The position numbers and the translations under genes are program-made. From Octopus sinensis (Eukaryota), in NCBI RefSeq assembly GCF_006345805.1, contig NC_043016.1:16182001-16246000 (forward strand): DNA of 64,000 nt. The letters are read 5' to 3'. Under the pieces are notes generated by a model. The model saw nothing but the letters and a program-made list of their open reading frames with translations, made no database searches and was not told the origin of the DNA. Positions 12,619-25,523 of the stretch are shown in pieces; positions within the stretch are counted from its first letter, which is position 1, and the number at the start of each line of letters is the position of its first letter.

Positions 12619-13039
12619 GTAACAGGCGTATATGTCATATTCCGGGGAGTTTTTGCCCCTTCATCAGCAAAACGAAATAGCACGTACCTACAAGTCATCA
12701 GTATTAAATCCTTTCTCGGTTTTGTTTAAGAATTTTGCTTTGCAACCACCAGTTTCGACTTCAGTACCATTGGATGGCATCTTGGACAAGTGTCTTTATA
12801 CTATAGGTCCAGCTCGATCAATGTTTTGCGCGAGTGAATTTGCTTGACACTGCGTGTGGTATACACACACACACGCCGTTTACAACATAAGAATTTAGAA
12901 ACTTCGGGAGAACGTGAAATAATTCATTCTTAAGGAATCTACATGCTCTTATAGCTTTATGTATATCGAAGTCTACATTTAATACATAATCGTATTTGTG
13001 TGTGTGTGTGTGTTTGTGCTTGTCCTTATCCCTTGACCA

Positions 13040-13215
13040 CCGCTGTTAGTTTGTTTACAACCCTATAAGCTAACGGTTCGGTAAAAGAGACCGATAGAAT
13101 AAGTACCAGGCTTAAAAAACAAAAACAAAAAAAATCCCCGTAAGTACTGGGGTCGATTTGTTCGATTAAAACGGTGCCCCAGTATGGCCGCACTCCAATG
13201 ACTGAAAGAAGTAAA
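13040..13215 (+). mobile_element. SINE 3' module
   Basis: gagaccgatagaataagtaccagg..ggggtcgatttgttcg..gtgccccagtatggccgca. Confidence 0.7.
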
Positions 13216-13789
13216 ACAGAAGAAAAATGATCATTTTCTACGCGCAGTTTCAATCTCTGGTTGTCATGGGTGCCGCGTAGAATTATTCGAAAAAGACGGC
13301 AGAAGACAGATGTAGATCAACATGAACATGAGACTGATCTTGTTACTTGTTAACGGCCGTCGTAAGGGAACAGCAGCTAAAAATAACGTTTGTTTAAAGT
13401 AAAGGGAACTTTAATATCATTGGGTTTAATCTCGGTTTGAACCCTCACCTCGTTTTTAAAAGCCATTCAAAATTTGTCCTTGAAAATAGAGATCAAGAAG
13501 AGATTTTACTAATTATACGTCCCATGGCAATACTTAGAGGAATAAGAATTTTTATTATTTCTAATTTAAGATATTCTGTAAAGCATATTGCGCCATTACA
13601 CGTTCAGAGTTGTTATAACTTGGTCATCCATCAACCCACCCATCCATCCATCCATCCATCCATCCATCCATCCATCCATCCATCCATCCATTTTCTCCAC
13701 TCACTATTCTTAGGAGAATGGTGGGGGTAGAGTCCTCAGGAATTTCTCCATAGGGTCCTATCAGATATTTGATCAACCAGATATTTGCT

Positions 13790-13930
13790 CTACGGCAGAA
13801 ACCGTGAGAAATATTGCTAAGAAGTGTACGCTTGTTTTGTAGACCTCAAAAAAAGAATGTAGCCACATGCCGTGGGAAATACGGTGGAGGGTTTTGAAGG
13901 AGTTTCAGATTAAGGGGCAACATCTGATTG
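13790..13930 (+). mobile_element. Short non-LTR RT remnant (RTE-like)
   Basis: [13 protein letters not shown](KKA)..MPWEIRWRVLKEFQIKGQ, resembles the FVDxEKAYD block. Confidence 0.5.
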
Positions 13931-14040
13931 CTGCGCAGTCCTCTGTAACTCGACCCCTTTATCAATTGATCCCACCCATATCCATTTACTTTGGTTTGAG
14001 TAAAGTTTTTTAGAAATATTGTCCCTAACCGACCTCTGTG

Positions 14041-14726
14041 ATCTAGTTTATACTTCTACTCTACTTCNNNNNNNNNNNNNNNNNNNNNNNNNNNNNNNNN
14101 NNNNNNNNNNNNNNNNNNNNNNNNNNNNNNNNNNNNNNNNNNNNNNNNNNNNNNNNNNNNNNNNNNNCGGTACAGTTTAACCAAATTCGGGTAGCTTATA
14201 GTCGTGATTCATATCGAACCCGTCTGAATATTAGCGCGCGTCTACGATGAGTCTACGATTTTAAAAATAATTAACATCATTTTTTATTCCATTTTAATGC
14301 ATAATTTTTCGTGTGTCGATGGTGGCGGAGTTGGCGTCCACGCTCACACCTGCACCTGTGGGGAAGGGAGTGTAGGAAATCAACGTCGTAATGCGTTGTC
14401 AAGGAGACCAGTGTTCTTTTAGAACAACGACTTCATGGCTTGAAGAGACCAAAACAGAAATGGCTAAGAAAGCGTCTACATGAGTCTAGTCGATTTAAAA
14501 AAAAATTTACCATCATTTTTTTTCCATTTTATTCATTTTTTCGCTATTATATAAGGGAAGTAACTCTCTAAAAATGCTATACGATAGTCACGATTTAAAA
14601 AAAAATTTACCATCATATTTTTTCCATTTTTAATGCATTTTTTGCTATTTTTTGGCTATAACTCTCTAAAAATGCTATATAGTTATTTCCCTTACAAACC
14701 CGAGCAACGCCGGGCGATACTGCTAG
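14041..14726 (+). mobile_element. Non-autonomous Helitron-type element (interrupted by the gap)
   Basis: 3' hairpin cccgagcaacgccggg followed by CTAG|T at 14723-14726; body nearly identical to 48177-49067. Confidence 0.75.
14068..14167. other. Assembly gap (100 N)
   Basis: Read directly. Confidence 1.
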
Positions 14727-15974
14727 TATATATATATATATATATGCATGTATATATATATGCATGTAATATATATACATACATATGATCGTAAGACACA
14801 GACACATTCATACCTGTTTCCATAGTGACAAGCTAAACATAAAAATAGCACTTGTTGACAAATACATTCTGCTGGTCGAGAGATGTGCTAAAAATAACAG
14901 CCAAATAGGCCTTAAATCACGCACCTCACAAAGAAAGATCAGAAATGCAAAAAAAAAAATAATAATAATAATAATAATATCTAGTTCAAACGAGAGAGGA
15001 TCAGGAAAAACTGTCTCATGATATGAAATTAAGGAAACTCGACAAAATAAAACTAAAAATCTAAAATATCAACATGAAATATCATCTGTAGCTTCTTCCC
15101 GATCTGCTGGAGTGGTTCTTTTCTTGATAAATTTACTCACCCTGAAGTTTAAAGAGAAGAACTATTAGAACCAGACATTACTCTCATTTTACCCCATTTT
15201 AGACATCATCAGACATTAGTGTGGGGCGGGGTGGCGGAAATTGACTTGGAAATCCAACTAAGATTGTTAACAGCCAAAATTATCCAGATATTCTATTGGC
15301 ACCTTAATTAGAAACAGGTCAAATTTGGGGATAATTTCTTAAAAAAAGAGGAACTGGCAAACCTGGTTATGTTCAAACTCTCCCATCTTCAACAACAACA
15401 AAACAACAACACAATGTTGACCAATTCCTGCTCCTGAATATAATGCAGCAATACAAAATGACGATGCGATGGAATGGTTTCAGACAGGGAGGGAGAAAAT
15501 AACGAGAAATCAGAAATTCTGCTCCGGTTACCAATTCTACCCCTCCCATTCCAATGTGTGTGTGTGTGTGTGTGTGTCTTATAAATTAATACGTTGTGCT
15601 TAGTTGAAGATAGTGGCGAGGATAGGGAGGAGAAAGTGGGGAGGGGGAGAAAATGGAGAGAGAGAGAGAAAGAGAGCGAAAGGTGGTCAGCGGTGGAACT
15701 TCGAGAAAAGAATTGTGATATTGTATGACGATGAATAGTTGAGAGAAGAAGTAGAGAGAAAGAGAATATTTACCGCAGGAGGGATGTATATTTCAAAGTA
15801 AAAAGAGAAAGGAGAATGAGAGAGAGAGAGAGAGAATATGCTTACTGAAGGGAACCTGCGAAAAGTGTTATTCTTTTGTTTTTCTTCCTTTTTAAAAAAT
15901 TTCTTTTATATCTCCCATCAATTAACGCATGCACTTTAGTAAATTAGCTATCGTCTGCTCAGTCTTGTAAAATA

Positions 15975-16430
15975 CTAGCAGAGATACCCGGCGTTGCCCG
16001 TGTCATATGGAATTGAAGACTTAGACTTTTCTTTTATATTTTCTCTAATGAACTTCAATATCTATGATTCCAATTTCATCAAAATTGCAGATGAAGATTT
16101 TAATGAGAGTTCTTTCCCAATTTACACACACCCACCCACCAAAAATGTGTCGTGATAAGAATTTACACACCCACCAAAAAATTCTAATCACGACACATTT
16201 TCCCATACTACTCATCTTTATGCCAAGATTCCAAAATTCAAATCTTATGGAACCTATTGAAAGGCTTTTCCTCCTGAAAGATGGAGCTCATGGATCTCTA
16301 AACTGTGGGAGTTAAGGCCCCTATTGCGGGCAGGGGGTATCTTAAAGTCAACCAGAGAAGTTGAATTGGAATCTTTTTAACTTGGGTCTTATATCTATTG
16401 TTCGAATTTCTTTGAAATAAGAAATTTATG
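15975..16430 (-). mobile_element. Helitron-type 3' terminus and body (extent uncertain; may reach about 17400)
   Basis: Minus strand cgggcaacgccggg..ctgCTAG|T at 15975; three diverged subunits (..ttaaggcccc.att..gggg..) near 16300, 17070 and 17250. Confidence 0.55.
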
Positions 16431-17419
16431 TTTACTGGGTTTGTAAAAGAGAGCAAAGCTACAGAAAACCAAAGACGAATAATCACAATAAGCAGTCAGC
16501 TACCTTACCCTAGTTGTTACCACTCCCAATGTAGGATTCCTCACCATACAGGTGGCGGGCACAACCATAAGATGCATTACGGATCTATAGCAATTGGAAG
16601 GGCGTGACCCAACTCAAATAAACATTAACAACTGTGTGACGTGAGGGCTAAGGAGAAATGAAAGTGTCACCTCTAGAGTTTGCCAATGATCACTATGCTG
16701 ATAGGTAACCAGACAGAATAAAGTTGCAATCTATAAATCTCTTTGAATAACCAGTCACTCATCTGGGAAGGTCTTGATATCATTGTTACCATCTGGGGAC
16801 TATCTCTGATAATAAAATGACTCAAAGGCGGTCTGCAACCAAATAACTATACTCAGCACTTTGCAACTGAATCAGTGGAGGCAAAGATACTCCTCCTTTA
16901 CTTGACAATTTATGCACCACATTGCAGAAATCGCAATCTAAGTATGTCTCAAAGCAAAGTCTTACACTGTTGTACCATTGAATTACAAATAACACTCATC
17001 TTTTATGCTCGGGTAACCATACAGCTTCCAAATGTACAATTATATTCGTCTTGGTCCAGGAAAAATGACTAAATTGTGGGTGGTAAGCCCCTATAAAGGG
17101 GTGTTATCAACTTCTAAGAATTTGAAATTTTAGAAATATTACTTAATTTGTGTCTAATATTTATGGTTAAAATTTCATCAACAGCAAAAATATATAAAGA
17201 TCCATTCGGTACTTTTGATCTAGTTTTGGATCATAAAAGATGGCTAAAATTTGGGAATTAAGGCCCCCATTAGGGGTCTTAGAATCCTCATGAGAACCGA
17301 AAACTTTGGGAATACTTCGTGTGTCAATTACCTATGGTTGAAATTTCATCAACATCGGAAATTTGTGAATTTTCATTTCCTCCCCCTTTAAGCCACTTAA
17401 AATTCAAACTGTATATTGA

Positions 17420-17760
17420 AATGAAATATATTTATTAGGGAAACACCTTTACAGGAACAATCAGAGAACACCTTATAAATCCTTGGCTACCAATCGGTAA
17501 AACTTCTATAAGAAAATCAAACTGCCCTATTAAGAAAAAGGGACTGCCCCCCGGCTACCAATCAGAGAATCATATGTAAAGAAACGTGGACTGCACCAGG
17601 AAAATAAATGCAATAATATTAACATCGAAAAATACCTTAGGAATGAGAACCCATGTTCGAAATTTCCTCAAGACACCTGATGAAGGCTGGAGGGTATAAC
17701 AGCCGAAACGTTGTGTTAACAACAAACAAGATGAGGACAAATATCAAATGTAAATAATGC
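17420..17760 (+). mobile_element. Non-coding PLE-type 3' end (or retrozyme-like unit) carrying an HHR
   Basis: HHR at 17672-17717; internal ggctaccaatc duplication; no coding sequence attached. Confidence 0.5.
17672..17717 (+). ncRNA. Minimal type-I hammerhead ribozyme, intact core
   Basis: GACAC-CUGAUGA-A-GGCUG(gagggtataa)CAGCC-GAAAC-GU-U-GUGUU: stem I 5 bp (one G.U), stem II 5 bp perfect, stem III ACGU palindrome, GUU site. Confidence 0.75.
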
Positions 17761-18279
17761 TAGTAATGCCTTTGAACTCTTGAAGGAGACATGATTGGAA
17801 TGATATCAACATCTATGATGTTCTTTTTCAGAGAATTAATGCAATTCTGAGGTGGGGTATTTTGGGTACATATGAATGTCATTTAGGTGTGGAACGGTAG
17901 GGGAGAATGAAGAGTTGTGTGTTGTGTAAGAGACGAGGAAGAGGTGTTGACAGAAGGACATCTCAACATCGTTTCAGTCTGACTGGAAGGTAACTAATGG
18001 TTAACGTCAAACTGCCAACTTAAATATTGCTGGTTGAGCATCCAACTCCACAAGTTGAAATCCGCTCAATAAATATCTTCTTTCAACCCATCTGTCTCAT
18101 TCCATTCACACAGGTTAACCAAGCGTGAAACTAACTCCGTTCAAGATCACTGATCCTGATACTTTGCAAATACCGTCAAACAATGCTCACAGATCTTGTT
18201 CCTTGACTCTGTAGACTCTTCAGTTTCTAAGCTGGCAGTTTTACCACGAGATTCACATGCCAAACAAGGTCGAATGATT

Positions 18280-18760
18280 TACTGATGTCAGTGCTGCAAT
18301 GTAGCTTTCAATATATTTCTTGGGGGCAAGAGACTAACAATGAATGACTCAGGTGAGTTGGACTTTAGTAGACTTAGCTTTATGAAAGCCAAACAGGCGG
18401 CCATTAAAAAGAGAGAAATTTGAAGCGTTAAAGTTGACCTTGAGATAACCTTGAGATGTTCGAAGTGTTTGGGCGGCAATTGGCATGATTGGGTAGTTTG
18501 TTTATATTTAGAATAAGATATAGTGTAGCGAAACAAGTGTCCAAAGATTCCTTCACGGAATGATTCAAGAGTTTGTGAAGTTTAGGAATTGGTTTGAGGG
18601 TAACGGAAAGAACATAGTCAGGGCCGATGACCTCGTTGGTTTGTAGTGACAGGCATTAGTTTCTTCTTTGGTGAATGCGTATGAATGGGTGTGAGAGAAT
18701 ATGTTTTTAGGGGCGCTTACTTGGTGTGTACATTGTGGAGTGAGTTGTAAAGTGAACATC
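18280..18760 (-). mobile_element. Degenerate Jockey/I-group RT fragment
   Basis: Minus: NHANCRP..FGFHKAKST..LT*VIHC*S..ESYIAAL(D)ISKSFD; RT domains 1-3 with frameshifts. Confidence 0.55.
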
Positions 18761-19054
18761 AAATATGGAGGCTTCCTTCTTCTCGACAGTACAGCTAATA
18801 AAGCAGTTATGGTTGACTAGTGGAGGGGATGGGGCGCGGTCGAATTCTGTGAAGTTAGTAAATATCATTTTGTCAAGGAACTTAACAAGATCGATAGTAA
18901 GTGGAGAGGCGGAAGTGCAGGTAGGTATCCCTCCCTTTCATTTCTGCCCCAGACTACGAATATTATTTTGTTGAACGGAATAATGCCAGTTTTATTGAAC
19001 CTGTCGTTTGAGTGATACTTTATTTTATTGATCAGGGAAACCTGATTGATAAAG

Positions 19055-19289
19055 GACAAGCGACGACGTCGATGGTTGCAGTTGTAGTGGTGGTAGTGGT
19101 GGTTATGGTGGAGGCGATGATTGTGTTATGATGGCGGTGGCCGGCTGTGGTAGAGGTGGAAATGATGATGATGATGATGATGATGGTGGCGGTGGTGATT
19201 TTGGTATTGTGGCGGCAGCGACAGTGATGATAATGATGGTGTTTGTATTGGTGATGATCCTCCTCCTCCTCTTCATCATTATCATCACC

Positions 19290-19321
<32 letters not shown>

Positions 19322-19401
19322 TAATTTTTGCATTAATACAATACAATGTAAAAACGGGAACCGCCGCCGCAGCCGTCGATACCATCACCACTACAACCAC
19401 C

Positions 19402-19432
<31 letters not shown>
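19055..19432. repeat. Mixed trinucleotide low-complexity tract (GGT/GAT/CAT/CAC/CAA)
   Basis: Read directly. Confidence 0.9.
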
Positions 19433-19433
<1 letters not shown>

Positions 19434-19787
19434 AGGGGATACTGGTAACGTATATGTTTACGAGTTCGACGTATTTGATGTAATCGAAGAATTTTGTTGC
19501 AGCATCTTCCACACATTAATTTGTCACCAAAAGTTATAAATAAATTATGGACCATGAGAACTCGCAGAAAATGATACAGCTGATGTTACAGAAACGGAGT
19601 TCCAAATTTGGTTGTCTTTGATACTTTTTGCCATTTTCTTTCCTTTTTTCTCCTGTTTGTTTTTTTAAGTATTTATTTATTTGTTTCGATATATTTTGAT
19701 ATGAAATATTCACTACGGAGAACGGAATAACGCTTAAAAAAAACGAGAGATGATCGGATGTATATATATATATATACACATATATAT

Positions 19788-19830
<43 letters not shown>

Positions 19831-20149
19831 CTCATAAGTACATAGAAAAAGAGAGTGGGTGAGAGGGGAAAGAGAAGAGAAAGAGTGAGAAGATCGATAG
19901 AAGAAAAACGAAGATGTCTGTTGGCGAAGGTGTCCCGCGCCCTTCTGCTTCGCTTCACCGCTCAACCACCGCCAATAACATGGAGGGAAAGAAACAAACA
20001 ATAATGATATTTATAATAACAACATCAAAAGATGCGGAGGTGGGGGGCGTAAATGAAGTAAGTTAAGGAAATATGCGCGTGGACGGAGGTGATAGGAGGG
20101 GGTTGCTTAAGGCATAAAGGTTCTACATGATTTATAGGGTAGATTGGAA

Positions 20150-20277
20150 GGATAGGTAGGTAGGTAGGGAGGTAAGAAGGTAGGTAGGTAGGTAGGTAGG
20201 TAGGAAGGTAGGTAGGTAGGTAAAAAGGTGGGTAAATAGATAAATTAATAAATACATACATAGACAGACAGACAGAC

Positions 20278-20351
<74 letters not shown>

Positions 20352-21219
20352 GCAGGTAGGTAGGTAGGTAAGTAGGTAGATAGATAGATATATAGATGGA
20401 GAGATAGAGGGATGGAGGGAGAGAGAGAGCTGGATAAAGAGATAGACAGACAGGTAGATAGATAGCAAGATAGATTGATTGGTTGGTAGATTGATAGATA
20501 GGTAAGTAGATAGGTAGGTAGGTAGGTAGGTAGGTAGGTAGGTAGGTAGGTAGGTAGGTAGGTAGGTAGGTAGGCAGGCAGGTGGATGGGTTGGTAGATC
20601 AAGCAATGAGGTGGGTATGACTGAGTGACTGACTGGATGCGAGAGAAGTGGGTGAGAAAGGAAAGAGGAAGAAGCGAGAGAGGTAAAGCATGAAAGAATG
20701 AAAGAAAAAAAAGAAAGGAATGAGAAGCGAAAGGATACAAAAATAGAGTACAAAAAAGAGAAGAAATAAGGGAAAGAAAGAATATAAAAGAAGGGAATAT
20801 ATATGAAGGAAAGAGAGAGAGAGAGAGAGAGAAGGGGAGAGAGAGAGAGAAGGGGAGAGAAAAAGAGAGAAAGAAATTGAAAAAGGAAGAAATGAAAAAT
20901 GAATGAATGATAAAATGGAAAGAAAGAAACATAGCAAAAGAGAGGAGAGAGAGAGTGAAGAGTGAAGGAGAAGGAAAGAAAAAGGAGAGAAGAGAGAGAC
21001 TGAGAGATTATGTGCGCGCGCGTGTGAATGAAAAGAGAGAATGAAGAGCTGGAGAAGAGTAAGGAGAGGGAGAGAGTAAGGAACGGGAGAGAGAGCAGTG
21101 AAGAGAGAAAGACAGAGTGAAGGAGAGAGAAAGAGGGAGAAAGGAGAGAGAAGGGAAGGGGGCAGGTGGAAGGAGTGAAGAAAAAGATAAAGAAAAAATG
21201 GAAGAAAGGTTTAAAAATG

Positions 21220-21257
<38 letters not shown>

Positions 21258-21310
21258 GGAGAATTAGGAAAAGAAAGAAGAAAAAGAAAGAAGAAAATGA
21301 AAGTGAGATG
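20150..21310 (+). repeat. (GGTA)n/(GATA)n arrays followed by a long GA-rich polypurine tract
   Basis: Read directly; explains the 242-266 aa minus-strand pseudo-ORFs. Confidence 0.95.
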
Positions 21311-21599
21311 AAAGTATGAAGAGTGAACATCTTTTTCTCTGAAGAAAAATAACAACAACAATAAAAACGACAGAAAAGAAACAAGAAACTTGTGGAAGGA
21401 CGATGAGTCAACCTTATTGATTTTTAATAACAATTTTAAATATCGATTTTCTTTTTTCATTTTGCCCGCCCTTCCCCCACCATACATAGAATACATAAAT
21501 ATAAACACACACACACATACGCGCACACATGTAAAGTACCTCACAGTCTCACAATCATCATCATCATCATCATCACCACCACCACCCTATGCAGCTTAC

Positions 21600-21722
21600 A
21601 ACTGGTGATGATGGCGGTGACGGCTGTGGCGGTTGATAATGGCGACGAGGAAAAGGTATCGAACGATGATGTTACGCGAACGTCGTCCCGTTTCCCTCGA
21701 CTTCCTCTCCGTGCGATCCCGG
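21600..21722 (-). CDS. Candidate 123-nt host exon, unidentified
   Basis: Acceptor tcatgttcctatttcAG, donor GTT|GTAAGC, length divisible by 3, two open frames (RDRTERKSRETGRRSRNIIVRYLFLVAIINRHSRHRHHHQ or GIARRGSRGKRDDVRVTSSFDTFSS...). Confidence 0.3.
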
Positions 21723-24067
21723 CTGAAATAGGAACATGACTTTATTGGTTTTAATTTCCCTTTATATGACAATTTCTTTTGTGTTGTAGTTCCAATGTTT
21801 ATCTTAAAGGGTTCCCCAGGGGAAGGTTCTCCCCCCCACCACCACCACCACCTCTGCCGGATAAAGGAAAAGTCCGGAATCCCAGACAGTTATTCAGTTA
21901 GATGCTTTTTCTCACTAAACTCTTCAATCTCACCTTCTCTCTCTCTCTCTCTCACTTCCTCACTCTCTTTCCTTCTCTCTCTCTCTCACTTTCTCTCCCT
22001 TTCCCCCTGTTTCTCACTCTTTCTCACTCTCTTTCCTTCACATCTCTCTCACTTCTGTTATTTTCTCTCTTTCTTATTCTTCTCGTTTTCTCATTCAACC
22101 TTGTTGTATTCTCTCTCTCTCCCTCTCTCCCTCTCCCTCTCTCTCTCTCTCCCTACGGTCCTACCAAGAATGTCTGTTACCATTCTCCGGGACAATTTAT
22201 TAATTGCCTGACTCATCAACCTTTGAACCACTTTTTTGTTTAGAAACGCTATTAAAATTTTCTTTCATTTTTTTTCTTTCTCCAAAATATTATTTCTGCC
22301 AATAACTTTACTCTCAATAGAAAGAACGAACGAATTTCATTGGCATTAAAGTCGAAAACACACCTTCCAGATTCCAGTAAAATCTCTTCATATTATGTTC
22401 ATTAGCTTCTTCATAAAAAATCGTGGGTGTTTTTTCTCTCTCAGTTTCTTTCGCCTAAGCTTTACCATAACCATCTGGAAAGGTTTCCTCCTGGTAAAAA
22501 ATGATTTCCTATTAACCATCTAGATTTTATGTGAACTGTGCACATTCTCAAGGAGTGGTGGTCATTATGTCATCCTTACTAAGACATAACAGTAGGGAAG
22601 TAGGTTGAGAATGATCACACTGCAATACTGTGTTTCCTAAGTGTTATTACTTCAAACAATTGTATTTACATATGTACAATGGATTAGTTGAAGTGAAAAA
22701 CACACATGTTATGTATATGATAATTTAAAGTTTTGACTGCGTAAAATAGAAATAATAATTTATTATTATTATATAATTGTTTATAGTTGTTACAAGTAGA
22801 ACAAGTAGAAAACGTGAGAACACTTATCAGGGAACTGAGAGACAGAGTTTCGTGTAGTACCTCGGAGTTCAATAACTCAGCTTTTTATAACTTTTAGGAA
22901 AACTTTGTAGAAACTTCGGCAAAACTATTTGGCGGAAATTCCACAGAATTTTCTTTCAAGCATATCTCATTATTGATTACATAACAGCTGATACTGATTG
23001 GTCGAACCATGCTCACGTGAGCATTCATACTTTTTATGACGATACAGTTAATTTTTCGCAATATAATTATCCCGTGAGTGTAAACTAGGAATCTGTAAAA
23101 GCTGGTTCGAAGTTAGGCAGAAGTCTCGCTACATTCTCAAGTAGTGGTTATATATCAAGATTATTTTAACCAAATAAACTCTAGTTTTTACGTCAAACGG
23201 TTTCTGAAGATTTCTTTGAATATCCATAAATTTCATGTATCGGAATCTCGCCGAAATATTCATTATTTCTAAAAGTTAACAATGTCAATTTAACATCAAA
23301 CTCTCCGTAGAAAGAAAAAAAATCACACGCAGTTATATTTTATTAGCTTATTTTCTTAGGTAATGACTTCTGGTTGTGTGATTACATGTAGTGGTGATAT
23401 CAAATGGATGCCAATACTGGAGTATCTCAAACTATGATCCGTCTAGCAATTCAGTCATGAAAGCTCGTGTGGCTTTTATAATCCTGTAAAAATCGATGGC
23501 GAAGAAACAAATAATTAAGCAGACGACAATGACTCGATCCGACTATTTTTGTAAAGATGTATCAGTTAATACTTTTTATGGAAAAGCCAGTCTCATTGCA
23601 AAGGGGGAAACATCGCCTGACTCACGTTTCTCTTCAGTGGCCTATGTCAGACAAGTAAAGTGTGTAGCCACCGTCCGTTTTCTCAAGTTCCCCAGAGTGC
23701 GGTAGGTTTGGTCTTAAATAAAACAGCCGCATTGATTGACATGACAATAATGGCAGACTTAGGTTCAGAGTTTTAGTTATCTTACAATGGGCGAACATCT
23801 CAAGACACAAGGAACATATTTCATAGCAGGTTTTCCGACATTCTTAGACGACAAAAAATAAATAATTAATAAAGAAAAAAGTTTTTAAAACATTAGAAAT
23901 CTTAAATGTATACTCAAGTAAGGAATTTTGTGTATGTGTGTGTGTGTGTGTGTACAGATCGCACAAAACACACACTCGCACACACATATACAGATGAATT
24001 GATAGCTAAATAGATAGACAGCCAGGCAGACAGTCAGGCAGACAGACAGACAGACAGACAGACAGGC

Positions 24068-24138
<71 letters not shown>

Positions 24139-24604
24139 CAGACTTACATACACTCATCTATGCTTCTGTTTGTACATATGTGTATGTGTTTTGTTGAGGC
24201 AAAACTTAACGAACATTCAATATTTATTTAATTACGGAAACGAAGCTTCTTTTCATGCGAAACAAATCGTTTCGAGTGGGTAATAAATTCATTTTTACCG
24301 TCTTTTTTGTCCCCTTTACGCCATCTTTATTTATTTATTTGTCTATTTGAAAGCAAACCCTAGGAATAAGCTGCAGCACAGTTTAACATGACAAATAGGG
24401 CGTTAAATTACAGGGAATCAGCCAAGTCTACTGAATTGGTAAGCTGCTGCTGCTGCTCTGGTTACTGCTCCTGTTGTTGTTGTTGTTGTTGTTGTTGTCG
24501 TTGCTAATGCTGTTGTTGTTCTCCTTGTTGCTGTCATCGTTGTTGCCGTCGTTCTTGTTGCAGAGTCCCTCGTTCAGCTCTAATCGGGAAAATCATATTT
24601 GGAT

Positions 24605-24730
24605 ATTCTTTTATTTTGTTTTGCTTTGTTTTGTTTTATTTTACTTTGTTTTGTTTTCTTTTGTTTTATTTTATTTTATTTTATTTTATTTTGTTTTGTT
24701 TTATTTTATTTTATTTTATTTTATTTTTAC
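24605..24730 (+). repeat. (TTTTG/TTTTA)n pentanucleotide array
   Basis: Read directly. Confidence 0.9.
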
Positions 24731-25240
24731 GGTTATTCAGCAGAACTACGTGGATACAATGTGTCTTTCCCTTTCTCAAGACGGCATGTTTTGATTCGAA
24801 AGAGATTTAGCTGTTATTTCTAGCCGATCGAAGTAATCAACAAGCAGGCAAAGTCTTGCTTGTTGATTCAGGTTCCCAGTTTAGGTGGAAATGGCAGCCA
24901 GAACAACGCAGAAGTTAGACACTGGGGGAAAAAAAACTGTTGCAGTGTTTGTTGTTATTATTGTTGCTGTTGTAGTCGTTGTTCTTAATGTTGTAGTTGT
25001 TGCGATTGTTGCAGCGACTGTTTTTCTTGTTGTTGCTGTTGTTTTCTTGATGTCATTGACACTTCTCACTTGCAAACCCAACTCCAAGAGCAGGGATTTT
25101 TTTTGAAAAAAAAAAAGAAGCCCCAAGTAAGACAGGGAAAAATCAGATTTAGGATTGAATCCAATTTTATAGTAAAATATTATATTATATTAAATTAGAG
25201 ATAAAACCATTGATTAAACCTCGCCAAGTTAAATATGTAA

Positions 25241-25308
25241 ACCACCTGAAGAATGACTGTAACTCGAAAATTTTAAGAATTGAACAGCCATGAAACGATC
25301 GTAGTGTT
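25241..25308 (+). ncRNA. Type-I hammerhead ribozyme, intact core
   Basis: CAC-CUGAAGA-AUGACUGU(23 nt)ACAGCCAU-GAAAC-GAUC-GUA-GUG: stem II 7/8 bp, palindromic stem III ACGAUCGU, GUA site after 25303. Confidence 0.75.
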
Positions 25309-25485
25309 ATATTAATTATCTTTTTTAATAATTTTGATATATATTTAAATAATATAAATTAATTAATCTTATGTATTGGCTTAAGTTTTTCATTGTATGA
25401 TTTGCCTAATAGTGGTTTTATCTCTAATTTAATGCCTCTGCACGCATTTTTTTCTCTCCTTCTTTCTGTGTTTCTTCTCTGTGTA

Positions 25486-25523
25486 TCTTTCTGTTGAAGA
25501 TCGTAGGCGCGAAACGTTAAAGA
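25486..25523 (+). ncRNA. Degenerate hammerhead-like motif
   Basis: UCUUU-CUGUUGA-A-GAUC(gtag)GCGC-GAAAC-GU-U-AAAGA: stem I 5 bp perfect, but A6->U and two stem II mismatches. Confidence 0.45.

Noticed and set aside
12625-12680. Minus CUGAUGA with a GGGG/CCCC stem
   Set aside because: Followed by GAAU rather than GAAA, and stem I does not form.
21790-21900. Plus-strand acceptor followed by a poly-Pro frame (FSPPPPPPPLP)
   Set aside because: The poly-Pro comes from a (CCA)n microsatellite and there is no good donor.
24835-24868. 14-bp hairpin as a miRNA precursor
   Set aside because: Only 34 nt, and the flanks do not extend the stem.
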